DNA of 64,000 nt from NCBI GenBank assembly GCA_965202585.1, contig OZ241829.1, forward strand, positions 21,700,001 through 21,764,000, read 5' to 3'. Of the stretch, positions 26,775-38,864 are shown piece after piece. Each line of letters opens with the position of its first letter. The stretch's first letter is position 1. Made by a program: the position numbers and the translations under genes. Below the pieces are notes generated by a model. It saw only the letters and a list, made by a program, of their open reading frames with translations. It did not search any database and was not told the DNA's origin. Source of the DNA: Thalia democratica (lineage: Eukaryota).

Positions 26775-27120
26775 ATATATACTTATTTATATGTTCTTTT
26801 ATTTATTTGCATTTACACATGTATTTATCTATAAGCCTGCTTAGTTTTGCTTATCTACGTCATAGTTGTAAGATGTTTTTTTACAGCTTGTTGCTTTTAC
26901 ACTTACTGTATAAATTGCAAACCTTGTATATATATGTATATATATCTATACCTATTTATATGCACTTATACATACATATATACTTGCATTTTCAAAATAA
27001 GCTGGCTCAGACTAGCTAGTTTTGCTTATCTACGTCATGATTGTAAGATGCGTTTTTACAACTTATTGCTTTTACTACTTACTGTATAAACTGTAAACCT
27101 GCTCTATGTGTATGTATATA
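26775..27120. repeat. Two-copy ~180-bp direct repeat
   Basis: tagttttgcttatctacgtcat...gtaagatg...acttactgtataaa at ~26841 and ~27018. Confidence 0.85.
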
Positions 27121-28490
27121 TGTGTATTTTTTGAGTTTAACTATTGTTAATTTATTTACATATTCATTTTGCTTGATAAAACTAAAGTTGTTTTCTGTCC
27201 ACTCATAAGCTATAAACATTTTCTTCTGTTTTCAGTATTTGCTTTCAAAGTTTGAGAATAAACTATTATCTGTTTTTGTATGAGGTTAATGAAAAGTAGG
27301 CTAGTAAAGTGTATAAAATATAATTAAAGTGTGTTATTTAATTTTGGTTCACAAATCATATACATTATGATAAATATACAATAAAAAATAAAGTGAACAG
27401 ATTTTTTACTTGCACATTTGTGATGCAAGTGGTATATACTTAAAATTTTATGTTAGTGGTTTGAAAAGTTGCAGTTTACTTAGAAATACTTTTTGTCATA
27501 TATTCTATGACAGAATAAAAGTGCTTTATTTAAGAAAAAAAACTTAATTCTTTATCTAAATATTTCATGATTTATTTACACTTCATACTTGCATGTAACT
27601 GCAATCTGTGTATTGAACATTTTAAAGTTTTTATCTGTTTTTAAGACGTAAAGCAGGCATTTGACATTTTAATGTAAATAAAATTTTGAGATTTTATTGT
27701 TGTAGTTATTTCGTGCTTACAAACTATGTACTTGTATTTCAAAAGTTATGCTTTGCTTAAAGGGAATTTTCGGTTGTATAATTGTTTTTATTTATTTCAG
27801 TTAGTATTGCAATATCTGTTATAATTTACTGTATTTATAACAACAAAAATTCTTATGTTTTAAAAAGAGTAATATTTTAAAGCATTATAAGAAAAAAGAC
27901 TATTGTGTTACTGATATGTTGCGTTAAATTTTCTGTTTAAGTGGTTCAGGTTTTGATGCAATAGTCTAATAATGATGTACAAAAAAACTCAATAATAATA
28001 AACCTTCATTCTCGGAAAGTTTTTGTTCCTTTTACCTTTAAAAGCCACTAAAACTTATCAACGCAACGTTAAACAATCAAGGTTTGGAAACCCATACACT
28101 CAAATATGTTACATATACTCATTTTATTTCAATTAGCTTTAACAGTACACAGTGTAGATTTTAAGCTTAAATCAAAAAAGAAAAACTATCACAACTGAGG
28201 TACAGAAGGATATAGATGTAGATTTAAAGTTAGATTATTATTAAATGTACAAGATTCAGGAGCTTTACACATTTTAATGTGCATTGTACCTGGCTTATTA
28301 GATTTGTAATAATAATATTCTGAAATGATAACTTTTCATGGTTTATGCATAACAAAAATCCAACACAAATAACAGCTGAGGTCCAACGTGAGATAGACAG
28401 AACATACATTCAATTTCATATCATAAATACATAAAGTTTATAACGTATGTTTATAAATATTACAACGGTAACAACAAATAAAATTTACAG

Positions 28491-28642
28491 CCGAGGTCCA
28501 ACGTGAAATAGACAGGATATTCGATTCGGCGAGATCAATGAGACTCATCGTGTTGGATGCGGACACCATCAATTATCCCAGCCAGTTGTCCAAAACCTGC
28601 CTCGCCCCAATTGTCGTCTGCATTAAAATATCCTCGCAAAAA
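28491..28642 (+). CDS. CACNB: CaVbeta exon 8 (GK: [11 protein letters not shown]...[12 protein letters not shown]...KISSQK)
   Basis: AEVQ.EI.RIF and LDADTIN.P motifs; phase 1/0, AG/GT; not in the ORF track. Confidence 0.95.
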
Positions 28643-29686
28643 GTAATTTTATAACTTTAATAGTTAAATAAATGTTTTTATTTCAATTAAATCGGTATCT
28701 CTGCATCCCAATACCAAAGCAAAAAGTAATTTTACTAAAAAAACTTTTTACTTCCGAGTATAAGTTAAAAATATTTCAAATCAATTTTAACTTTTGGTTG
28801 AAAAGATATATGCACCAAAGCATATTTTTACTAAAAGTAATTTGTTTCATAGAAACTTATTGTTAAAAACATTTTAGTTTTGATAATGTTATTCACAATT
28901 CTTTGACAACTGTAACAATAAATAGAAAAGTAATTTATCAAACCTTCATAAAAATGTAACAAAAAAAAAAGACAAAGTGAGATTTGATAAAATTTTATAA
29001 CTTTCTAGATTTTTATAAAATATGTCTTTTTCTTTACCAAATTTAACTTTATTTAAAAAATTACTTTTTATGTGTTGAAATCAATTTTTTTATAGTGAAA
29101 CTACATAATTTTGTCAATTTATCAAAATATACATAAAATTTTAAACGTCTAGTCAAGATTGTTCGACTAAATTCAGTAATGTATTTAACAACTTTATAAA
29201 GTATTAAAATGTCTTTTTTAAAACAAAATATATGTAGGTCTATACAGTACAGCGAACAACATTATAAATTATATTATATGGTACATTTACGTGAGGTGTT
29301 TTTTGTAAATTAACACAAAAAACTAAAGAACATGTGAACTTGTTTATTAATTTATTTTCTCAACACAATCAGTGTTGTAAAATAATTAAATAATACTGAT
29401 GTAATACATTTTATATAATAAACTAAAGCCAAACATATTATTTCATTTAATCTATGAAAAACATTATTTTTTTCTAAATTGTTTTACGTTTTATTGATCT
29501 ATTAAACTTAAATGAGCCTCTATAAAATTAAAATTAAAGTAGTGCGATTCAAAATATTTAAATACTTTAGAGGTGCTACAAAGATTTTTCAAATTCCAGT
29601 GTTGTTTTATTAAAAAACTATTTTATCAAACATAGTTAAATATTTATAAATTTTAACGTTTTCTAAAATTTTGTACACAACTTAAG

Positions 29687-29782
29687 GTGCTACAGAGATT
29701 GATCAGAACGCGAGGAAAATCTCAGATGAAATACCTGACAGTTCAGATGGTAGCTGCTGAGAAGTTAGCTGCTTGTAATCAG
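29687..29782 (+). CDS. CACNB: CaVbeta exon 9 ([13 protein letters not shown]...[10 protein letters not shown])
   Basis: VLQRLI..RGKSQ motif; 96 nt, phase 0/0. Confidence 0.95.
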
Positions 29783-30829
29783 GTACAAATATATATAATT
29801 TGTAAAAATTTAGTTTATTAAGTTAATAAACTTATTTCTATATACATATACATATATTGTTTATAAATGTTAACAGATGAGAATTTTTTAAGTTCATAAT
29901 AAATATAAATTTACTTTTTTTTTCTCGTAACTATAAAATTTTATTTTTTATTAGAAATTTCAATACAAGACTGTTTTTAAGTACTTTAAGATAAAACTAC
30001 TAATTTGTAAACTATTTCAATCTTTTAGAAATTTCATCAAGGTCTCTTAGTAAGAGGTTAAACATTTGCATTAATTTTTAGCGTTTTCACTTAGTTAGCT
30101 TAATCTTAAAGTTTAAGACAAACCAATTAAAATCACCATTTATATTTTTAGCTGTAATAAAAAGGTAATTATTGTACTAAAAATTAATCCAAATTTTGTT
30201 GACGAATGTTCAGTTAATTATGAATTTTAACCTTTTACAGTTAAATTGAGCAAATACTTAGCAGTTATATTTTTACAGTAACCTGTTAGGAGTTGTTGGT
30301 TAAACTTTGGCTTACCGTTTTTGTAGAACTAAATTAACTAAATAGAAAACTAGCCTAGTTTATTTTGTAATTTCAAAGAATACTAAATGTTTAATTGATT
30401 TGCAATCATTGATTGTTTGAAAACTTTACAGTTTTGCAACTATTGGACTAAAATAATTGAGTTCTAATTTAGATATTCTACAAATAATTAAGTTAAAACA
30501 AAACATTTTGCTAAATTTTTGAAAAAAAAATTCTGTCTAATAGTCTAGCTAGATAATTGTTTAAGATTAGAGTTGAAGAGTATTTGTTTTTTGTCAGTCG
30601 AACAGTATCTTGTGCTGCAAGTAATTTTTCTTGATACTATTTCCTACAAAAACCTGTATTAACCTTTCAAAAAAAATTTTTGTGTATTAAAAATAAATAA
30701 AAAATCACCAACATGACTTATTTAGTGTTTTCACTGTTTGTACAGTAAGTTGTTAAAAGTAACTCTAAACAAAAAACAAATATTTTCACAAAAGATTTTT
30801 TTTATGTACTTGTAACTCCTCACCAACAG

Positions 30830-30973
30830 GACTTGTTCGATGTGGTGTTGGACGAGAACAAGCTCGAAGACGCGTGCGAGCATCTAGGGGATTACCTGGA
30901 CACGTACTGGAGAGCCACTCATCCGGAACAGAGGTCCCAGCAGCAGCAGCAACAAAATAACTCTTCGTTACAG
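30830..30973 (+). CDS. CACNB: CaVbeta exon 10 ([19 protein letters not shown]...YWRATHP...SSLQ)
   Basis: [24 protein letters not shown] motif; phase 0/0. Confidence 0.96.
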
Positions 30974-32724
30974 GTGGGAAAAATATCAAATAACAGCACT
31001 TTTTTAAATTTAAAACACAAATTAACTCTTCATCGCAGGTAAAGTAAAATAAAATAAATTCTTTCTAAAGGTTAAAAAAGTAAATGAAAAAAAAAAAAAA
31101 TAACAAAAATCAAAAAAACATGTTACAGGTCAGTTAGAAAAAAAAAAGGAGAATCATTTTACACTTTAAAATAAAGTTTCATTACAAAATGTTAATTTTT
31201 TAAGGATTAGTAAAACCTTTATTTTTAAATTTAATAGAATATTATTTAAAGTTAGTAACTAAGAGTTCTTAAAAAAAGTATATAACTTAAATTTCGTATA
31301 TGAAAAGTCTGCATGTTAATTTACGATTGTTTAAAGTGATAATTTTTAACCTGTACTTTAACATTAGTTGAAATCAAAATACTTGTTAATGTAGGCAAGG
31401 CTCTTAAAAATGTTGGAAAATACAGATTTGTACATTTGTATGATCAGTTATGTAATGTTAAAAGTAGACAAAGTGTTAAGCTGTTAAATTAGTTTTGATA
31501 AAAAGTCAAAGCTAAATCCTACTTGTAATTCTGTAATTAGAAATTGTAGCACATTTTAATTGTTCTTTTTAAAAGAAGTTCTTACTATTTTTCTTAAAAA
31601 AGCTGTACTGCTATAAATAATTTTACAACTTTTTTAATCCAACTTTTGTTCCAAAACGTTTTTAAACTAAATTTAATAATTGATTTTTGTTCGACCAAAT
31701 TTGTTTTAAATAAAAGTTTTTAACTTTGTTTAAAACAATTTGATTAAAAAAGTTTGTTCAGTTTATAGTTTAGTTTTGTTTAATTTGAATGTTTTATAGT
31801 CTTTTCAGTCAATTTAAAATTTGTATAAGTTAAGATAATATTACTTAGTAAAAAAATGTTTTAAAATATCGAAACTAAATATTTTAATTTCCTTTATAAA
31901 ATTCAAACTATGTATTTCGTTTTTGTTTACACAGTTTTAAAGGTTGTTTTTAAATTTTTTGAATAAAAAAAATACTTATACAAAGGTGTGTGTATCAATA
32001 TTAACCTTTTTTACAAAACTTAAAAACTGTTTTACTCGTTTAATGGTAGTTTATTTTTAAAAATTAACAAAATTAATTAAATAATATATTAAGCTAATGT
32101 GTTAGTACACTTTTTTTTTTTTTTCGTTATTATTAAAATTTTACAAATTAAGTCAAGGGTAGATAACTGATTATTAATATGGACTGGATATACGAGACAA
32201 AGTTTTTCTTTACGGGCCAAACTAATCTAAAATTGATTTTCCCTGATGTTTTAATATTTACCATAGTAAAATAGTAAACTTTAATGTATAACATTTATTT
32301 TAAAAACATATCGTTACTTTTCACAAGCAGTTTTTTACTAAATGTATTTTATTTCTGTATGGCCTGAGTACCTTGATTTGCTGACTCACGAGTTATTTGT
32401 TTTTACTTTTCTACTTAAAACACATACTTAGTTGTTTGGTCAAAAAGTAATCAATATTTTTTTACTATGTTTATATTGTGATCTAGATACTGAACTTTTC
32501 GCTTATTTGTTCTAAAATACAAGTGCAGTCAACGTTCTTAAATGTTTCGCATCTTAAAAAATTTGACTGTATTGCATTATGTAACTTAGTAAAATTTCTG
32601 CATAACTTATGAGTTTTGTTGATATAAACTTACTTAAATTTTCTAGTACTGTTGCATAAAATTAAAATACTTAAACTAATAAAAACTTTATAATAAAAAC
32701 AATTAATTATTTTTATTCTCACAG

Positions 32725-32784
32725 TTAAACGTCATTTCCTCTTTGAAGCGAAACTTAAGCTTTCGTTCTTCGAGTCCTCATTGA
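32725..32784 (+). CDS. CACNB: CaVbeta exon 11, terminal (LNVISSLKRNLSFRSSSPH*)
   Basis: Strong acceptor TTTTATTCTCACAG, phase 0, TGA at 32782-32784, AATAAA at 33068. Similar to mammalian beta1a VQVLTSLRRNLSFW. Confidence 0.8.
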   Translation, partial: LNVISSLKRNLSFRSSSPH

Positions 32785-34053
32785 CTTTAAACAAAACACA
32801 AAATCAACCGGAAACAGAAACAAAAGGAAGAACATCTATGACGTCATAATAAGACACATTTGACGTCACAGAAAGTTTTGAAAAATTATGACGTCACAAT
32901 TATGACGTAATGACTAAATTGCATGCTTCATCGCTGTATATGGTGTTATGTGTATAGTTTTTATTTTTAATTTGTGGTGAAAATTAAGTGAACTTTTTTT
33001 CAATTAGAAGTTTTGGTAACGTTCTCCTGAATTAAATTTGTTGATTTGAAAATTAAGTTTCTCTATAAATAAATCTTGTATAAGGTGCTAGATATCAAAA
33101 CTCAACACAGCTGTGCAACTGACTTGAAGCATTTTTAGATATTTTTTATACACATTTTTTATTTTCGTACTTTTTTATATATCGGCACTGCAGTTTTTTT
33201 ATATTTATTTTTAATCGATGCATTAATGCTGCGAAATCTAAAAGTATTTTGATATTGTTTTTACCTGAATGCAAACTGAATTAAAATATTTCAATTAAAC
33301 GCAACAATTAATGCTTAGTTAAATTAAAGTAAATAGTAGTTAATTAATCTAGTAAGTGTTTTTAGTGTTATGAAGAAAGAAAAAACGTTCTTCAAAAAAT
33401 GTTAGTAACATATACTGTATCCGTTTGGATATTTAATGGTATTTTTACACCTTTAATCTGTAAAAGTTTGGTTTTGAAAAACTTATCAATATTTTTTGGA
33501 AAAATAATAATTTCGTAACTGAATGAGAAAAGTATACGTGATTCTACTGGGGTACGATCATAAAACTTATAAATGTTTCAGTTTCAAAAAATTGCTAACT
33601 CTGTCTTTAAGTTTAATTGCAACCTTAAGTTCCAACCAAAAATAGACATGTTTAACAGCATTAAAGATTTAAGTATAAAAAAAGCTTTTCTTAAAAAAGT
33701 ACTAATTAGTAAAAATAGTTTACTAGATAGACACCTTAACTTCACGAACTCAGACGAAGCCATAGTTTTTTGAATAAAATTAAGTACCCAACAAACTTGC
33801 ATAGGTTTACGTGTTGCGATTTATATCATGTAAATCGAGTATTTATATATCGTTCAAAATTCATTTTAGTAGTGGAAACTATGTGATATGTCATAAAAAA
33901 AAAACTTTTAATGGTGAACACTTAATTAATTTAGTCATGAACTGTGCATAATTTTTCGGAGTGGATAAAAAAAAAAGTTTTTTTTTATTTAATTATACTA
34001 GTGAGATCCTTACTTACCAAAACAAGCTAGACAGCTTAGTTTAGTGTTTAGCA

Positions 34054-34408
34054 CAGGGTTTCCCAAAGTGGGCCATGACAGATACTCAGGGGGCCATGAG
34101 CAGCAAAGGGGGAAGAGGGGGGGGCATGAGTAGTAAAGGAGCCACAGGGGGGCCATAAGGCCATAACTTGAAACACTTACACTAGATATTCTTGAGTTGC
34201 AGATGAAGAGCAAAAAAAAAGGTCTTATGTGTATTTTATGGTAGTTTAGAAACTTACACTAGATATTCTTGAGTTGCAGATGAAGAGCTAAAAAAAAAAA
34301 AAAGGGTCTTATGTGTATAGTTTATGAGTAACCTATATGTTAAAGGGGGCCATTGCTTTTTCAAACTCTTTAAAGGGGGCCATTTGCAAAAAAGTTTGGG
34401 AAACCCTG
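34054..34408. mobile_element. hAT (Charlie-like) MITE, 355 bp
   Basis: Perfect 14-bp TIR cagggtttcccaaa/tttgggaaaccctg; perfect 8-bp TSD gtttagca on both sides; GGGGGCCAT subterminal repeats; internal ~70-bp direct duplication. Confidence 0.95.
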
Positions 34409-37400
34409 GTTTAGCACTTCATCGATATTTGAATAGGATTCATAAAGTAGTTTATTAATACAAGAAAACCATAATATAGTAATAAAACCATAATATAGTA
34501 TAGTATAGTTCAGTTATCTTTTAAAATCTAATAAACCTCATAACTAAACAAGCGATATTTACACTCGCGCATTTTATTAATCATTCGTTTAAGTTCTTCC
34601 AACCTACAATCAGACGCAGGAAAGGATCTAAATTTTAATCTTTTGCTGGTAAAGCTCTTTTTAAGTTTTAAATAACAAATCTTAGTTTTTCATTTATTTT
34701 ACTTAATATTTAATAAATAAAGTGTTTCTTATTCAATAAGTTTCGTCGTAGAACATAATAATGTATTATGTACTCAACATAACTTATTTTCATTACTTGA
34801 TTTAGTTTTATAAAACACTCTATTGGTTAGTGTAGAGAAAATGGGTTTTAAAAGTTTTGTATGTTTTAAGTTGAAAATATTGTGGTTACAAAAAATTTTT
34901 TACATTAAAGTGCAAAATATTACAGGCATTTAGGGAATATTTTTTTAAAGTTTTAAATAAAGCTTTTTCATCCATGCTTTAAGTCTATACAATTTCAGTG
35001 AAGGCCTTACAACTTTGTACATAACATTTTAAAGATTGTTTAAAAACTATTAAAAGGTTGTGTATAATCAAATATCAATTAAAAACTAAAATAACTATTA
35101 TAAGTATATAAAACACATTTTTTTAATTAGAAGAAACTTTGTTGTTGTTATTATTTTTCATTGTTATTGTTTTTCTCATTAAGTGCATAGTGTGTAAATG
35201 TTACACAACTTATTTTTATATCATAATTTATAAAACACAACAATTTCTTTTAAATATATATTTATTTTTATATAAACTTCTTAAAGTGTTTCAACAAAAA
35301 TATTGAAAACAAATAAAACGTAAATTTTTAGCATAAAATACCGATAAAGTTTAACGTAAAATTTTTTAGCTTATCACAATTTAACTTCTTTAAAAAAGTT
35401 GTGACCTATATTTTAAGTATTTTCATGTCTGCTATTAGTATTGTTTATATCGTTTTATAAATTAAACTAAAGTTAACTTTTTAGGTCTAAAAATGTTCTC
35501 TACAGCTATTTTTATTCTTTTAAATTTTTGGCTTAGACTGCATTTTAATTTTTATGATAATAGACAAGTTTTTGAGTACATTATGATATAAAAAAAATAA
35601 GTAAACACATAATTTAGTTAATTTTCGTATAACTTTCTTTTGCTGAATTTCATATTATTAATCGTTTAATTTCCTAAGGTTTGAAAGTTTAAAATCAAAA
35701 ACGTATTTTTAGCTCGTAAGATATTGTAAAAGCGTGTGGTGTACGACAAGTAAACTGAAAGTTTTTATCGTACCCCAGGTCCTTAGACCAAACTTTTTAA
35801 GCGTTTTTTTTATCGTTTACTAAACAATATATGATACTTAATGCATAAAAACACAGTCAGACGTGCTAATAAATTGATCAACTTATAAACGTCATAAGTT
35901 AAGTTTAATTTTGAAGTGTAACAATTTTAAAGAAAAGCTTCCTCAAGAAAGGTGTTAAAACGTATAGTTTATTTTAACAGTTTATAAAATCGCATCTAAA
36001 TATTTAATGACACAATTTACATTCAGAATTCTAAAATAGATAGTTCTATTAAAACTGATGATTACAGGACTTAAATTGTCTGTGTTAATTTTGATACCTC
36101 TAAAATGAGAAAATACAACAATGTATCTACTATTATGAATATTTTTTATAGAAATTGAATTAAAAACTGTAAATTTAGTGACCAAAAAAAAAACTTTTGA
36201 TACAAACAATAAACAAAATTTTTACAACTGTAAATTTATTAAACCTAATATTTAAAAGACTTTAAAGCTAAAATGATATATATTAGAATATTGAAAACAC
36301 TTTACATTAAAGTTAATACCATAGTATATTCAAGTAATAGATTGAATACATGTGATTTTTAATTTTCTTACATATTATGTTTTTGAACACATTAAATTCG
36401 TATTCACTAAATACTTTTTAGTTGCAAGATAAAATTACAAACACATTAAGTGTTTTGCATTGTACCGATGGTGTGGGAACTCTTAAAAATATTTTATTAC
36501 GGGAATCATAAGTAATAAATGTTTTATTATTTTAGGGCGTGGGAATATTTTGTAAAAATAATGCACTTTAATAAGCTTTCCCACAATAAAATTATTTATT
36601 TGAGAGAACTCATGCGTTTTTTAATGCATATATAAGCAGTTTCGGTAGAGCATTCGGCGGTTATTGGTGTGCTTTAAGTTAAGATGCATTTCAAACATGT
36701 TAAATTTAAGATTTTTTCTTGATTAAGTTATTAGATACTTATTATAATTGTATTAAAATTTGTGTTTAAATATATTCCTAGTAAAGAGTGATGTAATTGT
36801 ATCTTTGTGTTGTTTAGTTTATGTAAATAAAATATAAGTGTTGTTTTGATTGTTGTACTAATCTACTTTACTAATCTCTATTACCCTAATGACAGCTGTG
36901 TAGTAACGGGATAGCATATATACTATATTAAACAAGCATAAATTTTTAGTTTTATAATTTTTATTACGATTATATTATAGAGAAAATTCTTATATGAAAC
37001 GATCATAAAAAATTCTATTTTACTTTAGATATATTTTATTCCGGGTTTTACCTAACATTTTAATAAGATACTATATGATAGAATATATGTGATATATGAT
37101 AGAGTATATATGATCTATTATATAATAATAACAACGATGAGACAATGTACTAATACTGATTTATAAATCAGGACTAAAATTTTAAAAAGTTAAGGTTTGT
37201 TTTATCGTAAATTTAAATTAAACTTCAATGAAAAGATTCAGCAGTTTTATTTTAATTAGTATACGTATTTTCTTTATTGTATAGGGGATTGAAAACTTGT
37301 AACCAAAAGATTTCATGCATAACAGTTTAAGACAAACAGATTATTATATATTTCGTAAGATTAAAAGTTTTAACTTCTGTGGTTTTAGGTATGCTGGATT

Positions 37401-37800
37401 ACGGTGCTAGTTTTATTGAAATTATAAAGCATAAACACGAAAATTTGTATTAACTTATACTTTTTAAGAACAATTTACTTGGAGCTGAATAGAGAACACA
37501 GTAAATGTAAAGATGAAATACTGTTAAGCATATGTTGTAAGAAAAAAACAAAGTAGTATTAAACATGTATTTAAGCTTTGATAATGTAAATTTTTACTAC
37601 TATCAAATCTTTATCATCTATTTTGAAGTAATAACATTTTAAATAATATAACCAACGTTCAACTTTTATTCTATTTATTCTACAAAAAAGTCGAATCAGA
37701 AGACAGCAAAATAATACAAAAGTTGCAAAATCTTAGTTGCAAAAGAACATATTATTAATAGAAACTGTCAATAGACTTTTATTTGTAATATTGCTAAACT

Positions 37801-38131
37801 TTACAAATCGCTTAGTCCATGCTGATTAAAGCAGAGTCTAAAAAAGGGTTCAAAAAACTTTTCTCTTTCATTTTTCATAGAGTCACACAACCAACTGACG
37901 CAAGTGTTTGACTTAAAGTATTGTTTGATAATAGATTTTAAAAATCTCACGTTCCTTATATAGTTCCCCGTGCTTCCTTTTTTGTTGACGGACCTCAACA
38001 GCGATTCATAGAGGTCTTGCATGAACTCGCTGTCATAATGTCTTCCGCTTGGAAATGACGTCCCAGGTTGAACAGGTCTTACTGAACTTGTAGCAGTTGT
38101 GGCTCTTGTTTGTACTTCAGCAGGATTTGGT
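37801..38131 (-). CDS. Orphan nuclear-like protein, exon 2 (predicted helical C-terminal domain); spliced product 289 aa
   Basis: TTTTACAG acceptor; a 170-nt intron (38132-38301) fuses ORFs 38280..38840 and 37801..38142 in frame (NPQVR|PNPAEV). Confidence 0.7.
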
Positions 38132-38301
38132 CTGTAAAACATAATTACTTATTTTTATTTCGTATATTCTCTTGGAAAATCCTTGTAAATATTGCATTAA
38201 TTGGATACTAAATTTGTAAAATAAACAACTCAAGTAAAAAATCTTTAGTTTAAACTCGAAATTACACTTTCTAAACTAATTAATACAAAAACGCTACAAA
38301 C

Positions 38302-38840
38302 CTCACTTGAGGGTTACCGGTTGGTCGAGACAATAATGCTAGCCTTAACATTTCTTCTAGAAGTTCAACTCTTCTTGAAAGCAATTCGTTTTCAGTGTTG
38401 CTGCCTGACGATTGACTAACATGCGAACCATTATTCACTGGCCTCCCAACATTGTTATTTGCAGCGCTGACCTCTGCAACCGCTGGTCTCGCAACACTTT
38501 CTTGGACAGCACTGTCATTTTCGATGCCCTCATCAATGGACATCCCGGAATAACTGGAGTCCAAAGACAGTGAATCTTCAGCAACTTCATCGGGTCTACG
38601 GAGCACTTGCTCATCAATACGTTCTGCTTGACTGGTCAAGCCATTCCTTTTGCTAAGAGCTTTCATTCTAGCTTTAAATTGTTTTTTGATACTAGCCATT
38701 GTTTTTTTATAAATTTTCGTTTCAATCGCTATAGCTCTTTCAATGCTGTTACCTGACGATTGGCTAACATGCGAACCATCAACTACTGCCCTCGCTTTTT
38801 TTGCAATTGGTAGTTGCCTTTCTGCTTTCTTTTTTGCCAT
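38302..38840 (-). CDS. Orphan nuclear-like protein, exon 1
   Basis: Basic N-terminus MAKKKAERQLPIAKKAR, internal GSHVSQSSG duplication, coiled-coil-like ELLSRRVELLEEML. Phase-2 donor AG|GTTTGT; TATATAAAG ~165 bp upstream (~39003-39011). Confidence 0.7.
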
Positions 38841-38864
38841 GATTGTAACTTGTATGTTTGAAAT

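Noticed and set aside
32900-37800. A long beta1b/beta2-type alternative terminal exon for CACNB
   Set aside because: No acceptor-led coding-like segment was found by eye; a very divergent one cannot be excluded.
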